In this document: positions 1 to 13,139 of the stretch, piece after piece
Layout of the letters: each line of letters starts with the position of its first letter
Position numbering within the stretch: the stretch's first letter is position 1
DNA from: Octopus vulgaris
Taxonomy: Eukaryota
Direction: 5' to 3'
NCBI GenBank assembly: GCA_951406725.2
Contig: OX597822.1
Location: 82,522,001 to 82,586,000, forward strand
DNA: 64,000 nt
Position numbers and translations under genes: made by a program
The notes under the pieces: model-generated
What the model was told of the DNA's origin: nothing
Seen by the model: the letters and a program-made list of their open reading frames with translations, nothing else
Database searches by the model: none

Positions 1-50
1 AGCAATGACCCAAATAAGGGTATGTCCTCAAATACCTTATGCACCCTGTA
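1..50. mobile_element. Probable Tc1/mariner terminus, cut by the window edge
   Basis: Ends ...GCACCCTG followed by TA and a (TA)n run, the usual Tc1/mariner end. Confidence 0.35.
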
Positions 51-262
51 TATATGTGTGTGTATGTGTGTGTGTTTGTTCCCCCAGCATTGCTTGACAA
101 CCGATGCTGGTGTGTTTACGTCCCCGTAACTTAGTGGTTCAGCAAAAGAGACCGATAGAATAAGTACTAGGTTTACAAAGAATAAGTTCTGACGTCGATT
201 TGTTCGACTAAAGGTGGTGTTCCAGCATGGCCACAGTCAAATGAATGAAACAAATAAAAGAA
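51..262 (+). mobile_element. SINE family A, 3' half
   Basis: GCTTGACAACCGATGCTGGTGTGTTTACGTCCCCGTAACTTAG...CCAGCATGGCCACAGTCAAATGA matches the full copies at 22168 and 29397. Confidence 0.9.
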
Positions 263-1139
263 TATATATATATATATATATAAAACTTAATGCCCGAGTG
301 TGCATCTATTCATTTACTGAGTGCACACGCACACACACACTTCACCTAGATTTGCTACTTCATGAGGGAGTGTAGCTATTTTAAAACCATTGTTTATCAA
401 CTTTCTAATTATAGTTAACCACTTAGGAAAGAGGATGAGCCCCCCCCCCCCCCCCCCGGCAGGCTAAACAGTGACAGGGCAGGGCGCAATAAATCTTGTA
501 ACCAGGAGGCATGAATGTTACACAATCTCAGTTCCATTGTCCTCCCTACCATAAATCTAAGTGTTTATTGCCTCGTTAAGCGATAAAAATTTGCTAACCT
601 GTTGAATTAGTGGGTCAAGATGTTTGGTGGACACCTTTCACTTTATTATATTAAGTCTCTGGTTGTATTCCAGCAGGAAGGAATGAGACAATAAAAGAAA
701 CCTTTTTCAGCTGATATGAATTTATGGAATTAAAGTAGTGCTCCAGCATAGCCACAGTCAAATGTCTGAAGCAATTAAAAGAATATGAAATAAAATATAA
801 ATTTATCATAAATGCCTTTTGTGCACATGTGCGTGCACACACACACACACACTGACACGTAGCAAGTGAATTGGGGTATATAACCACCACATGAAGCACT
901 TCTACAGATACTGGCTATCTGAAGATTGAGAAGTAGAAAGCTTTTTCACTCCACAATTCAGATTATATGAAACTCCTCAAATATCTATAGAAAATGTATA
1001 ATGTCAAATATTAAAGAATGGAGTTAGCAATTCATTTTAAAATGATTTAGCATTAAAAGAATATTCATATTAAAATGATTTGCTAACACCTTTCTTCAAT
1101 ATTTGCTGTGTATGTGTGTGTGTATATATACATATATAA

Positions 1140-1412
1140 TATCATCATCATTATCATCATCGTCGTTGTTTAATGTCCACTTTCAACGCTGGCATGGGCT
1201 GGACGGTTTGAGGACTGGTGAGCCAAACGGCTGCACCAGGCTCAATCTGATCTGGTTGCCCTTCCTAATGCCAACCACTCCGAGAGTGTAGTGGGTGCTT
1301 TTACATGCCACCAGCACGAGGGTCAGTCAAGCAGTTCTGGCAACAACCACGCTCAAAAGGTGTTTCTTACGTGCTGCCTGCATGGGATCCAGCCTGGCAG
1401 TACTGGCAACAC
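1140..1412 (-). mobile_element. Repeat family C ((GAT)n-tailed SINE-like element)
   Basis: (CAT)n, then TTTAATGTCC..GCTGGCATGGG..GGCTGCACCAGGCTC..CCCTTCCTAATGCCAACCACTCCGAGAG; recurs more than 10 times in the window. Confidence 0.85.
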
Positions 1413-1574
1413 TATATTATAAAATAAGTTTGCATTTTGAAGATCTTGAGTGAAATATCTTCAGGGCAACAGAACATTATGGAATTTACATATGAATTAG
1501 TTGAAAGATGCTTTGCCAGAAGCTGCAGGAGCTAATCAAAGGTTTTGCAAGCCTTTCTAAATCGACTGCAATGC

Positions 1575-2060
1575 TGGAAACCCTTCAGGGTCGAAAGACT
1601 TTCACCTCACCCCTTAGCCTGTACACTTCACCTGGGTGGAGCAGAGAGGACTAAGCTAGTCTTCACCTATGGAAAGGTTCCACTTGCAGTCTCTTATCAT
1701 CCACAGCCATCTTGAGCTAGTTTCAGCTGCTGTGCTTATTTCCTCGATGGCTTTCCTCAGATGTCTGGGTTCCGGACCTATCTTCTGCAGGAAACAGCAC
1801 ACTGAGTAGCTGGGAAGTCGTGGCAACCTACTTCAATAGGGAATGAAGCTGCTTGCTAACCCTTGACAAAGGTCTCACCAACTAAGGCCCTGATACTTTG
1901 TTTTCTTTACCTAGTGGGAAACATTGAGTCTGTCCTCCCAGGACACTGAATTTGACCACAATAATTGTTTTTGTATTCCTGGAGAACTAGAACATGTCTG
2001 GTCAGAGTGATACTACCACTATCTCCTTTGGGAAGATTTGCCTGCACCTCAAGTCCACTC
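1575..2060 (-). mobile_element. Decayed 3' end of a Hero/R2-group non-LTR retrotransposon (restriction-like endonuclease domain plus 3' UTR)
   Basis: Manual translation across frameshifts: VDLRCRQIFPKEIVVVSL*PDMF*FSRNTKTIIVVKFSV/WEDRLNVSH*VKKTKYQGL/VGETFVKG*QAASFPIEVGCHDFPAT/VCCFLQKIGPEPRHLRKAIEEISTAAETSSRWLWMIRD. This matches the RPD..ELTVPWE..K.KY..PIEVGCRGF..AAE.ASRWLW pattern of Hero-type RLE domains. Confidence 0.85.
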
Positions 2061-2482
2061 GTGTCGCTCAATCTTAATGTTTGTTTTAATGCCAAAGTAT
2101 AATAAAAACAATTCAACCTGAAACTAAAGAATTCATCAATACATTTTCATAGAGTACGTACAAGGAAATGGGTAACAGTGGCATAGAAGTCTCAGCCTGG
2201 TAGCTTTCTGATGGCATCAAATCAGCAACACAAAGTTGCACCAAAATGGCTGTGCCAAAACGTCTCATACTTGTAGTTCATATGCTTAGAAAAATGGCAT
2301 AGTGATCATAGCTTAAATGGCTTGGTCAAAGGTTGACCAGGGTTAAGCAACAACTGAAGATATATCTTTTTTCTGGAAGCCATCAGTAATTGCTACTGTA
2401 TGTCACACTATATATGTAACTGAAATGGCAATTAAGTTTTTGTTGCTTTTTCATAAGCTTCCACATATTTTCCATGTTTTGT

Positions 2483-2860
2483 ATGGCTGTGTGGTTGAGA
2501 AGCTTGCGATGCAGTAACACGGTTTTCAGTTCAATCCCACCATATGGCACCTTGGACCCTGTCTGGCCCAGGGTCAACAAATGCTTTGTGAATAAATTTG
2601 GTAAATAGAAACTGTGTGGAAGCCCATCATGTGTACAAGTGTGTGTGAGTGTGTCCTTGTATTTTCCTGCCCAACAATTTGATAACTGGTGTAGGTTTGT
2701 TTATGTCCCCATAACTTAATGGCTTAGCAGAAGAGACCGACAAAGTAAGAACAAGGCTTGAAAACAAGTACTGGGTTGATTTGCTCAAAAAAAAAAAAGC
2801 CTTCAAGGTGGTGCCCCATCATGGCCATGTCCAATGACTGAAGCAAGAAAAAGACAGAAG
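2483..2860 (+). mobile_element. SINE family A, diverged full-length copy
   Basis: TGGCTGTGTGG A box, GTTCAATCCC B box, family body and tail. Confidence 0.85.
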
Positions 2861-3159
2861 ATAAATAGATATACATTTGCATAGGTTTAGATTTGTCACC
2901 AGAACCCTGGGTACCATGTTCTCTTCTCTGAGGATCCTGCTGGGGTTGACGACGGTTTGTGTTGGTCAGCCACATGCCTCAGGATCATGGAAGACGAGGA
3001 AATACTGCACAGAGATGGGAACTAACTGGGACACTGATTGGAGGTGGCGGGGTGGGGGAAGTCCGGGATGACCGAAGCAGGTACTGACAAATAATGGTGC
3101 ATGCAGCTGTGCACTGCAGCAATGAATATTAATCATACACGACTTGACCGCCATTGTCC

Positions 3160-3540
3160 TCTTCACCGCCACCACCACCACCACAATTACCATTATCGTT
3201 GCTGTCATCATTAACATAACTGCCACTCCCTCTTAACATCACTACCACCTTTGTGATTCACCACCATCACCACTACGACCATCGTCAATACAAACATCAT
3301 CATCATCATCTTAACACTTAACCACCTTTGTTACCATCAATTGGAGTCATAATATCGACAGTCATCACTGTGGTCAGCATCACTACCACCACCACCACCA
3401 CTACCACTGCCATCACTACAAGTACTGCCATGGTCATGATCATCATCATCAACATAACCTCCACCACCTCAGTTATAATCACCACCACCACACCTCCATT
3501 GCTAACTCATCGTCGTCATCATCATCATCATCATTTCCAC
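3160..3540. repeat. Degenerate (CAC)n/(CAT)n low-complexity tract
   Basis: Mixed CAC/CAT triplets, interrupted by stops in the His- and Thr-rich frames. Confidence 0.8.
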
Positions 3541-3981
3541 AAACACCAGATGTTTGTGCATGTCTGTAGCTGGAACTGAAGCAGGCCTAAATCTGCAGCA
3601 AGCACCTGCTTCATCAATTGCAGATTGATCGATAGATCAATATTATAGCCTGTAGATCAATGAAGGAGAGGTTGGGGGGGAGGGGAAAGGAACAAAAATA
3701 GAAAAAGATCATAACTAAATACTCTTCTAATATTTTTCCTTTTTTTTTTTTTTTTTCATTTTCTCATTTCCTTTTTTTTTTTTTTTTTTTGCTGTCATCA
3801 ATTTAAATTTCTGTGTTGAATAGCAAGAAGATGAGAAAGTCAGACAATTTCTCCAATATTTCCAGTATTGATCCATTCCCGTAGATGTCTATCAGATTCA
3901 TCTGGAATCTGATTGTCTGATGATGGTTATTTATTCATCACCAGCATCATCATCGTCGCCGTCATTACTATTATTATTATT

Positions 3982-4097
3982 GTTGAGTGAGAGAGCAGTG
4001 CATGCCATCAAAGTGGCCCTGGGGTAAAATATACGAAGCCCAGTATACCCCTCATGACTACTCGTTTCATAAGGGTACACCAGGCACATGCATCACA
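3982..4097. mobile_element. Short element embedded in (TAT)n; possible truncated 3' UTR of a (TAA)n-targeting LINE
   Basis: About 115 bp of complex sequence (GAGTGAGAGAGCAGTGCATGCCATC...GGCACATGCATCAC) with TAT repeats on both sides; family assignment is inference. Confidence 0.45.
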
Positions 4098-4584
4098 TAT
4101 TATTATTATTATTATTTTTATTATTATTATTATTATTGTTATTTCTGGAGGGATTATGGTGGAGGTGATGCAGGTGATTTGCTATATTCTCTGTACATTG
4201 CTTTCGTTGTTGGTGAGGAAACCATCATTTAGAGGAAGATATTGGCTCACCTGAGATGAAATAGAAAGAAAACAAGATGGAAGGAGACAGAGAGTGGAGG
4301 GAGGGGGATGTAAATAAATGAGTTAGGTGTCTTTAAGTATTTGGTAACTAAGGTAACAGTAATGTCTATTCTATGTAGGCAGTTATACAGAATCTATATG
4401 AAAACCAAACTGTTTGTTCACTCAAATGAAGTTGCAGGCACATCAAGGGCAGAGAACCTTTTAAGTATCAGGAACGAAATATGTGTAAGATTCTATGGGA
4501 GGACATCTGTGCTGAGAAAAATTCTATGGGAGGACATCTGCACTGAGAAAAATTCATAAATTTATGAAATCATGGTTTTGGTCT

Positions 4585-4780
4585 TATTTTTTACTTATTT
4601 TAGTCATTAGACAGCAGCCATGCTGGAGCAACGCCTTAAAGAATTTTAATCAAACGAAATGATCCCAGAACTTTTTTCTTTCTGAGCCTGGTATTTATTT
4701 TATTGGTCTTCCTTGCTGCCATGTTACGGGGATGTAAACACACCAACACCCGTAGTCAGGACACACAAACACGCACACAT
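4585..4780 (-). mobile_element. SINE family A, 3' half
   Basis: Reverse complement of the family A tail (GCAGCCATGCTGGAGCA...GTAAACACACCAACAC). Confidence 0.75.
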
Positions 4781-4865
4781 ACATAAATATATATATGTTA
4801 TCATAATCATTTAAAATCTGTTTTACATGCTGGCATGGGTTGGACTATGTATGTATATGTGTGTG

Positions 4866-4896
<31 letters not shown>

Positions 4897-4922
4897 ATGC
4901 ATATATATGTATATATATATGA

Positions 4923-5153
4923 GGGCGGTGAGCTGGCAGAAATGTTAGCATGCTGAGCGAAATGCGTAGCCGTATTTCGTCTGCCGTTACGTTCTGAGTT
5001 CAAATTCCGCCGAGGTCAACTTTGCCTTTCATCCTTTCGGGGTCAATAAATTAAGTACCAGTTACGCACTGGGGTCGATGTAATCGACTTAATCCGTTTG
5101 TCTGTTCTTGATTGTCTCCTCTGTGTTTAGCCCCTTGTGGGTAGTAAAGAAAT
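4923..5153 (+). mobile_element. SINE family B
   Basis: GGCGGTGAGCTGGCAGAA head, GAGTTCAAATTCC B-box-like motif, core CTTTGCCTTTCATCCTTTCGGGGTCAATAAATTAAGTACCAG, tail GCCCCTTGTGGGTAGTAAAGAAAT. Confidence 0.9.
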
Positions 5154-5177
5154 ATATATATGTGTGTGTGTGTATAT

Positions 5178-5391
5178 TACTCTTTACCCTTTTACTCTTT
5201 TACTTGTTTCAGTCATTTGACTGCAGCCATGCTGGAGCATCACCTTTAGTCGAGCAAATCGACCCCGGGACTTATTCTTTGTAAGCCCAGTACTTATTCT
5301 ATTGGTCTCTTTTACCGAACCGCTAAGTGACAGGGACGTAAACACACCAGCATCAGTTGTCAAGCAATGCTAGGGGGACAAACACAGACCC

Positions 5392-5440
<49 letters not shown>

Positions 5441-5626
5441 CTATATATATATATATACATATATACATATATACGACAGGCTTCTTTCAGTTTCCGTCTA
5501 CCAAATCCACTCACAAGGCATCGGTCAGCCCGAGGCTATAGTAGAAGACACTTGCCCAAGATGCCACACAGTGGGGCTGAACCCGGAACCATGTGGTTGG
5601 TTAACAAGCTACTTACCACACAGCCA
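5178..5626 (-). mobile_element. SINE family A, full-length, little diverged
   Basis: Near-identical reverse complement of 29397-29815, with an internal (CA)n(TA)n. Confidence 0.92.
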
Positions 5627-6496
5627 CATATATATATATATATTTTTTTTTTTCTCTAGTTTCAGCTCAGAGCTGCGGCCATGCTGATGCACCGCCGTTT
5701 TGTGCTACACTGTTATTGCGAAGAACATATATATATACCGTATATATATATATATATATACCGTGGACTCCATTCAGTTTCCATGTACTAAATCCACTCA
5801 CAAAGCCTTGGCTAAAGGCTATAAATAAAAGATACTTGCCCAAGGTGCCACGCAATGTTTTTAGCTTTTCAACCCCCTCCCCTCATCCCACCCCCTCAAG
5901 CATAAAAGGCACCGGTAGCTAAGGATGTTGTCCATCATACCACAATCTTAGAATCAATGGTACTACACAGCTCCAGCCTCCACTCTCAACATCCAGCCAT
6001 TCATCCATCATTCACCAACAGAGGCATCCATCTGTGTTTGGTTGGTCTCCTCAATCGTTAGCTATCTATTTCAAGAGCTCTTGTAAGATAAGCTTGATAA
6101 ATACTTCTGTGAGGGTGTGTGTGTTTGCTTTGTATGATCAATCTTTTTACAAACAACTTGCTCTGTTTCAGCTGATATCAACTGAAATGATGGAAGTTAA
6201 TCCAAGCATTGTTATTATTATTCTCATTTGAAAATAAATACTAATTCATTCTTTGGTAGAATTTAGTGGTATGTATTGCATATGTCAGGGGTGTTCCTTC
6301 ATGCATCCACACATTCACCAGTTCATCTGTCCATCCATCTACCTGTCCACCTATCCATCCATCCATCCATCCATCCATCTACCAGTCCATCTACCCATTC
6401 ATCTGTCCACCTGTTCATCCGTCCATCCATCCATATATTTCTAGCAAGTCCAGTGATCATTAATAGGCTCTCTCACAGACCTGAGAATGGATTTGT

Positions 6497-6511
6497 GTAG
6501 TAGTAGTATTA

Positions 6512-6598
<87 letters not shown>

Positions 6599-6605
6599 CA
6601 GCAAC
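6497..6605. repeat. Compound microsatellite (TAG)n(CAG)n
   Basis: Seen directly. Confidence 0.95.
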
Positions 6606-6653
6606 AGTGGGAGCAGTACTGCATTCTGGGTCTCTCTTGAGTTTTTGTAGAGG

Positions 6654-7307
<654 letters not shown>

Positions 7308-8614
7308 TTGTAGAGCATCAAAAGTTGATTGAGGCTGAAGTATTTTCTAAGTTTTTCACTCCATTATTCTGCTGTTATATTCTTTGGTGAGGTTGTTGTT
7401 GATGGCGTCGGTGTCAGGTGTTCAGCATCATAATAACTCTTTCTAATTTTGGCACAAGGCCAACAATTTTGAGGGGAGGGGGAAGTCAGTTACATTACCC
7501 CAGTAACCAACTGATGCTTTTTATTTTATCGATACTGCAAAGATGGACAACAAAGTCAACCTTAGCAGAATTTTAACTCAGAAAGTTAAAGGGATAAAAA
7601 AAAAATGCGGATAATCATAATAACAGCTAAAAACAACATCATCCACTTCTTCGTCCTTCTCCTCTTCTTCCCCCTCCTCACCTTCCTTCTTCATCCTCCT
7701 CCTCTCCCTCATCTTCATCTTTCTCCTCCCTCTTTGTCATCCTTCTCTTCTTCCTCCTTCACTTCCTCTTCTCCTTCCTCCTCCTCCTCTTCGTCCACTT
7801 TTATGTCTTCCTCTTCTTTGCCATCCTCCTCGTTTTCCTCCTCTTCTTCCTCATCTACTTCATCCTCCCCCTCTGCCTCCTCCTTAGCGTTGCTATCAAA
7901 ATCAAAAGAAGCACTAAAATCAGTCATGAAGGACTTGCATTTCAAGCCGTTCTTCCATCTCTGTTAACATTTTATCATTTCATTTACTGCTTGTTTTAAA
8001 GAAATATTTTTTTCTGTTGATTACATCTAAACTTGTTTGTTATGTAAGAGGACGAGTTTGCTAAAAGTGGTACCACTTCTTCAGTTTCAGGTTATCATCT
8101 TGACTCAACTACTTTTTGCAGTTTATTTAGCGCCACCATCATTGAATTACTTGCTAAAACAAATCCTCAACATCTCTCATCTCATTGAAACACCGCCCCA
8201 CCAATTTTCCAAATAAATAACTTTTGAAAACAGCTTCAATAAAAACATAACATCTGTTTAATAGTTCCAACATCTGTCTGTACATGTATGTGTGTATGTG
8301 TATGTGTGTGTGTGTGTATAACTATATAAGAATAATTTGTACTATATATATGTGCGTGTGTGTATGTTTGTTTGGATCTGTATATGTATGTTATGATAAT
8401 TGTGCACAAGAGTGTGTGCATTTGTGTGTGTGTGTATATATACATGCATGTATATATATGTATGTATATGCATGTATATATATATATATATGCATGTTTG
8501 TATATGTATGGCTGGCTGTGTGCTTGAGTGTAATTACGTAGACTTGGTGATAATTGACGTGTAATTATGTTTTATGTAGTTAAATGTATATTATTAAAGA
8601 TTCATGCGTATAAT

Positions 8615-8825
8615 AATTGCTTCAAATTTCGGCACAAAGCCACCGAATTTGAGAGGTGGGGTAAGTCAGTTACATGACCCCCAGTGCACAACTGGTACTT
8701 ATTTTTATTGCCCTCAGAAGGATGAAAGGCAAAGTCAACCTCAGTAGCATTTGAACTCTGAACATAATGAGCCAGAAAAAATGCTGCTAAGCATATTGTC
8801 TGAAGCGCTCCACCAGCTCACCACG
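8615..8825 (-). mobile_element. SINE family B, old copy (another at about 7435-7600)
   Basis: ACTGGTACTTATTT...GGATGAAAGGCAAAGTCAACC..TTTGAACTC. Confidence 0.8.
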
Positions 8826-8924
8826 TTCTTCACACACAGCAAAATGCTGATGACAGTATATGTAACTCACACACACACATACACACACACACACAGGGAA
8901 AGGAACAAACAGCCAGAGTGAATT

Positions 8925-9535
8925 ACCATCATTTAATGTCCATTTTCCATGCTGGCACGGGTTGGATGGTTTGGCATGGTACAGCCTTTCCTAATGCCAA
9001 CCAGTGTGTACCAGGTGCTTTTCCATGTGGTACCAGCAAAAATCCATGTTTCATCATCATTGTCATTTAACATCCGTTTTCCATGTTGACATGAGTTGGA
9101 CAGTTTGACTGAGAACTGGCAAGCCAGAAGGCTGCACCAGGCTCCAATCTGATTTGGCAAGTTGGATGCCCTTCCTAACACCAACTACTCAAAGAGTGTA
9201 GAGGGTGCTTTTTACATGCCACCAGCACGGGAGCAGCCAGTCAGGTGGCACTGGCATCGGCCACACTCAAATGGTGCTTTTTACATTCCACTGGCACAGA
9301 TGCCAGTCAGTAGGCACTGGCATCAGTCATGCTTGAACGGTGCTTTTTATGTGCCACCAGCATGGATGCCAGTCAGGCAGCACTGGCATCAGTCACACTC
9401 AAATGCTACTTTTTATGTGTCACCAGCACAGGTACCAGTTATGCAGCCTTGGCATCAGTTACGCTCGAATGGTGCTTTTTACATGCCAGTCAGGTGGCAC
9501 TGGCATCGGCCACACTTGAATGGTGCTTTTTACGT
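8925..9535 (-). mobile_element. Repeat family C with an internal tandem array of roughly 60-bp units
   Basis: GCCAGTCAGG..GCACTGGCATC.G.CAC.CTC.AATGGTGCTTTTTA repeated about 5 times at 9205-9535. Confidence 0.85.
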
Positions 9536-9904
9536 TTCTCAAATGAAATAAAATACAGTTTGTTGGATGCACAGATTGCATAAAACATGTTTGTCACTTG
9601 GTATCTGTACTTTCGGTACTTTATTTTAAACCAGGTGACTCCAAAATGGTTGATATCAAACCTCAGTGAGACTATTTGATAAATGCCTTGAAAATGCACA
9701 TCTATTTAATTATTATTATTATTACTTACTTATTTTCTTGTACATGCCTAGGGGCCGATTAGGGGTCAAGGATTTTATGAAGCGGATCAATGGTCTAAAA
9801 TGTTTGGAGACCCCTGTCTTAAATAGTTCTACCATGTTTCCATTAACGAAGAACCCAAGAAATTAATTTGATGAGCACAAGGCAGTATTTTGTAGATAGA
9901 TATT

Positions 9905-10285
9905 ATCTTTTGTCTTTTACTTGTTTCAGTCTAATTAATCTGTGGCCATGCTGGAGCACCACTATCAAGAATTTTAATCAAACAAATCAACCTCAGTTTT
10001 TAAATCACTTATTCTATTGGTCTCTTGGGCTGAATTGCTAAGTTACAGGGACATAAGCACACCAACACCGGTTGTCAAGTAGTGGTAGGGGACAAACACA
10101 CACACACACTCACACACACAGAGCAGACTTCTTTCAGTTTCCATCTATGAAATCCACTCATAAGTCTTTGGTTTGCCCGAGGCTATAGTAGAAGACACTT
10201 GCCAAAGGTGTCACACAGAGGGACTGAACCCAGAACCATGTGGTTGGTAAGCAAACTTCTTACCTCAGGACCATACCTACACCTT
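9905..10285 (-). mobile_element. SINE family A
   Basis: Tail, body and head all present in reverse complement. Confidence 0.85.
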
Positions 10286-10819
10286 ATATACTGAAGATAC
10301 ATAGTTTACGGCTTCTGAAAGTATAAAAGGCGAAGTTCATTTTAATGAGATATGAACAGAGAATATGAAGGGATGTAACTAAATACCTAATTATCAACCA
10401 GATCAGCCCTCCACCATTTTGATCATTTCTGACATTTTACAAAGGAAGAAGATTTTGGAATCAACCACATGCAACACTGAAATCACCTGGAATTTTTTCC
10501 TCGTCTTATTTGCACACACGCATGCGTGCATACACACACACACACACACACACAGGCATGCACATGCCCAACCACTGGTGTGTAGCTGGGATGAAGGGTT
10601 GCAAATGAAATGGCAAAAAAAGCCACTTGGCACATGTGTTAGGTCTGTGTGTATGTATACATGTGTGTATATTATTGTATATATGTACACACATACATAT
10701 ATATACATACACATCTTTCTCTCTCTCTCGCTCTCTCTCTCTCTCCATATATATGTGTGTTGTGTATTTTTATATATATATACATATACATATGCTTATA
10801 TACATATATATATGTATGT

Positions 10820-10975
10820 ATTTGGTGTTAGGAAGGGCATCCAGCTCTAGAAACTTTGCCAGATCAGATTAAGCGTGGTGCAGCCTTCTAGCTCACCAGT
10901 CCTCAGTCAAACCGTCCAACCCATGCCAGCATGGAAAGCGGACGTTAAATGACGACGATGATGATGATGGTGATA
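10820..10975 (+). mobile_element. Repeat family C, 3' end
   Basis: TTAGGAAGGGCATCCAGCT...CCATGCCAGCATGGAAAGCGGACGTTAAA(GAT)n. Confidence 0.9.
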
Positions 10976-11665
10976 ATTCATACATGCGTATACACACACA
11001 TACACACAAATATTAATACCATATGGCAATATCATGTAATAGACCATTTAGCGTTTCAAGACAAAGTAACCATTTGTAACCACTGTACTATTAGGTCGCT
11101 CTTGTGGCAAATATAGAAATTATTGTTGTTGTTGTCATCATCTTTGTTGCCGTTGTTGTTTTCCGTCCAGCTATTAGTATCTGTTTCATCCATTATAGCA
11201 GCGCAGTGACTAATAACCCTCCATTTTTAGTTATTCACCAACTTAAATATTTCTCTCTGTCTATTTATCTATTATAAATCTTTCTTCTTTGCATTCATCC
11301 ATCCTATGCTTCCTTCCTGCCTTCCTTCCTTTCGTTTCATTGTAGATGTGGAACAGCCAGATATGTATGTTGTTGCAGCTTTTTTTTTTCCTCCCCTTCT
11401 TTTAACCACAGTTAAAATGAAAAATAACTCACTAAATCAGAAAGCAAACTTCTGCCAACTATATGTTTTGTCTGTCTCTAGAAATTTAGTAAAACGTATA
11501 ACAAAATAGCTGTGTGTGTCTATGTCTATGTAGACGTGGGTGTTATATATGATGGAGAAGAGTGCATGAATGTAGGCATGACTGTGTGGTTAGAGTCAAT
11601 CCAGCCAGATAATGTATTGAATCCTTTAGCAGGCATGGCTGTGTGGTAAGAAGCTTGCTTCCCAA

Positions 11666-12275
11666 GGTGGCGAGCTGGCAGAATCGTTAGCACGCCGGGC
11701 GAAATGCTTAGCAGTATTTCGTCTGTCGCTACGTTCTGAGTTCAAATTCCGCCGAGGTCGACTTTGCCTTTCATCCTTTCGGGGTCAATTAAATAAGTAC
11801 CAGTTACGCACTGGGGGTCGATATATGACTTAATCCGTTTGTCTGTCCTTGTTTGTCCTCTCTGTGTTTAGCCCCTTGTGGGTAGTAAAGAAATAGGTAT
11901 TTCATCTGTCTTTACGTTCTGAGTTCAACTCTGCCTTTCGTCCTTTCGGGGTTGATAAATTAAGTACCAGTTGCGTACTGGGGTTGATCTAATTGACTGG
12001 CCCCCCTCCCACCAAATTTTGGGCCTTGTGCCTAGAGTAGAAATGAATATATATGTGCAGAAGAAGGCAGCAAACTGGCAGAAATGTTAGCACTCCGGGC
12101 GAAATGCTTAGCGGTATTTCATCTGTCTTTACGTCCTGAGTTCAAATTCCGCCGAGGTCAACTTTGCCTTTCGTCCTTTCAGGGTTGATAAATTAAGTAC
12201 CAGTTGTATATTGGGGGTCAATCTAATCGACTACCCCCCTCCCCCCAAATTTTAGGCCTTGTGCCTAGAGTAGAA
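11666..12275 (+). mobile_element. Multimeric SINE B insertion (three cores) nested in a SINE A head (about 11630-12420)
   Basis: 18-bp duplication AAGAAGCTTGCTTCCCAA at 11648-11665 and 12276-12293. Confidence 0.9.
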
Positions 12276-12444
12276 AAGAAGCTTGCTTCCCAACCATATG
12301 GTTCCAGGTTCAACCCCACTATGTGGCACCTTGGGAAAGTATCTTCTACTATAGTACCAGATTGACCAAAACCTTATGAGTTAATTTGATATACGGAAAC
12401 TGAAAGAAGCTAATTGTATAGCAATAAAAATATGAAAGAGTTTC

Positions 12445-12632
12445 TATGTGGTGTCTTAACCTGCTAGAAATAGCAGCAAAATAACCCCTTTTAGAAAACA
12501 AGAAACAAACACATTAGGTAATGTAGTCCTCAATATACTGTGGCTTAATAAAAATAGAAGAAAAAAAACTGATAGATACAAATGGAATCACAGTTCTGCT
12601 TGATCAGGGTCAACTTTGCAGGAAACAACAAC
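12445..12632 (+). mobile_element. Repeat family D ((CAA)n-tailed)
   Basis: CTGCTAGAAATAGCAGC..ACATTAGGTAATGTAGTCC..GATCAGGG..AAACAACAAC; related copies at about 31850, 34560, 56345, 58030, 59060, 59300 and 60585. Confidence 0.7.
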
Positions 12633-13139
12633 ATCCATTATCACTGCTCCCTCTAATAATCGAGTTCATACAATGTGTTGTATTGATTTCAAGGGCCAAA
12701 ACGCGCGCACACACACGCTGATCCATCTTTTCTTTTTCTATGCAACCATTGCACCACCACCACCACTACCTAGACCTGGGGTTAAACAATGACAACAACT
12801 ATTACCACCACCACCACTAGTGGTTTGTTTCTGCATTTGGTCTCTCTCTCTCTCTCTCTCTCTCTCCAGCTCTGCTGATAACATCAATATTTTCTCATAG
12901 AAGTGCAATTATCTGTAATGAAATGTAACAGGTTTCAGCAATCCAAGTGTTTGTAATCTGTTGTCAAACCCACCCAACCATGACCACCACTACCACCAAT
13001 CAGTCTCTTACAATAATGCACTGCACATTCATGATTAATCTCACCACTAATGACCTTTCCACTTCTTGCTTCTCTTTCTAATTTTTTTTTTCTTTTCGTC
13101 TTTTTATTCTTTCTTTCTTCTATTCTTTTCATTCTTCAT

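Noticed and set aside
2877-3226. Relatively GC-rich unique segment with short ORFs on both strands
   Set aside because: No recognisable protein, and all minus-strand frames hit stops. It could be UTR or non-coding exon, but I cannot support that.
3530-3700. Minus-strand polypyrimidine tract plus CTACAG acceptor at about 3650, followed by YNIDLSINLQLMKQVLAADLGLLQFQLQTCTNIWCLWK*
   Set aside because: No homology recognised and no upstream exon found; needs RNA-seq.
7715-7945. Glu/Asp-rich ORF on the minus strand
   Set aside because: It is a degenerate GAR-triplet tract that continues past in-frame stops; no polypyrimidine acceptor and no recognisable domain.
10321-10330. Canonical TATAAAAG
   Set aside because: Expected by chance in AT-rich DNA; no initiator at the right spacing and no downstream exon.
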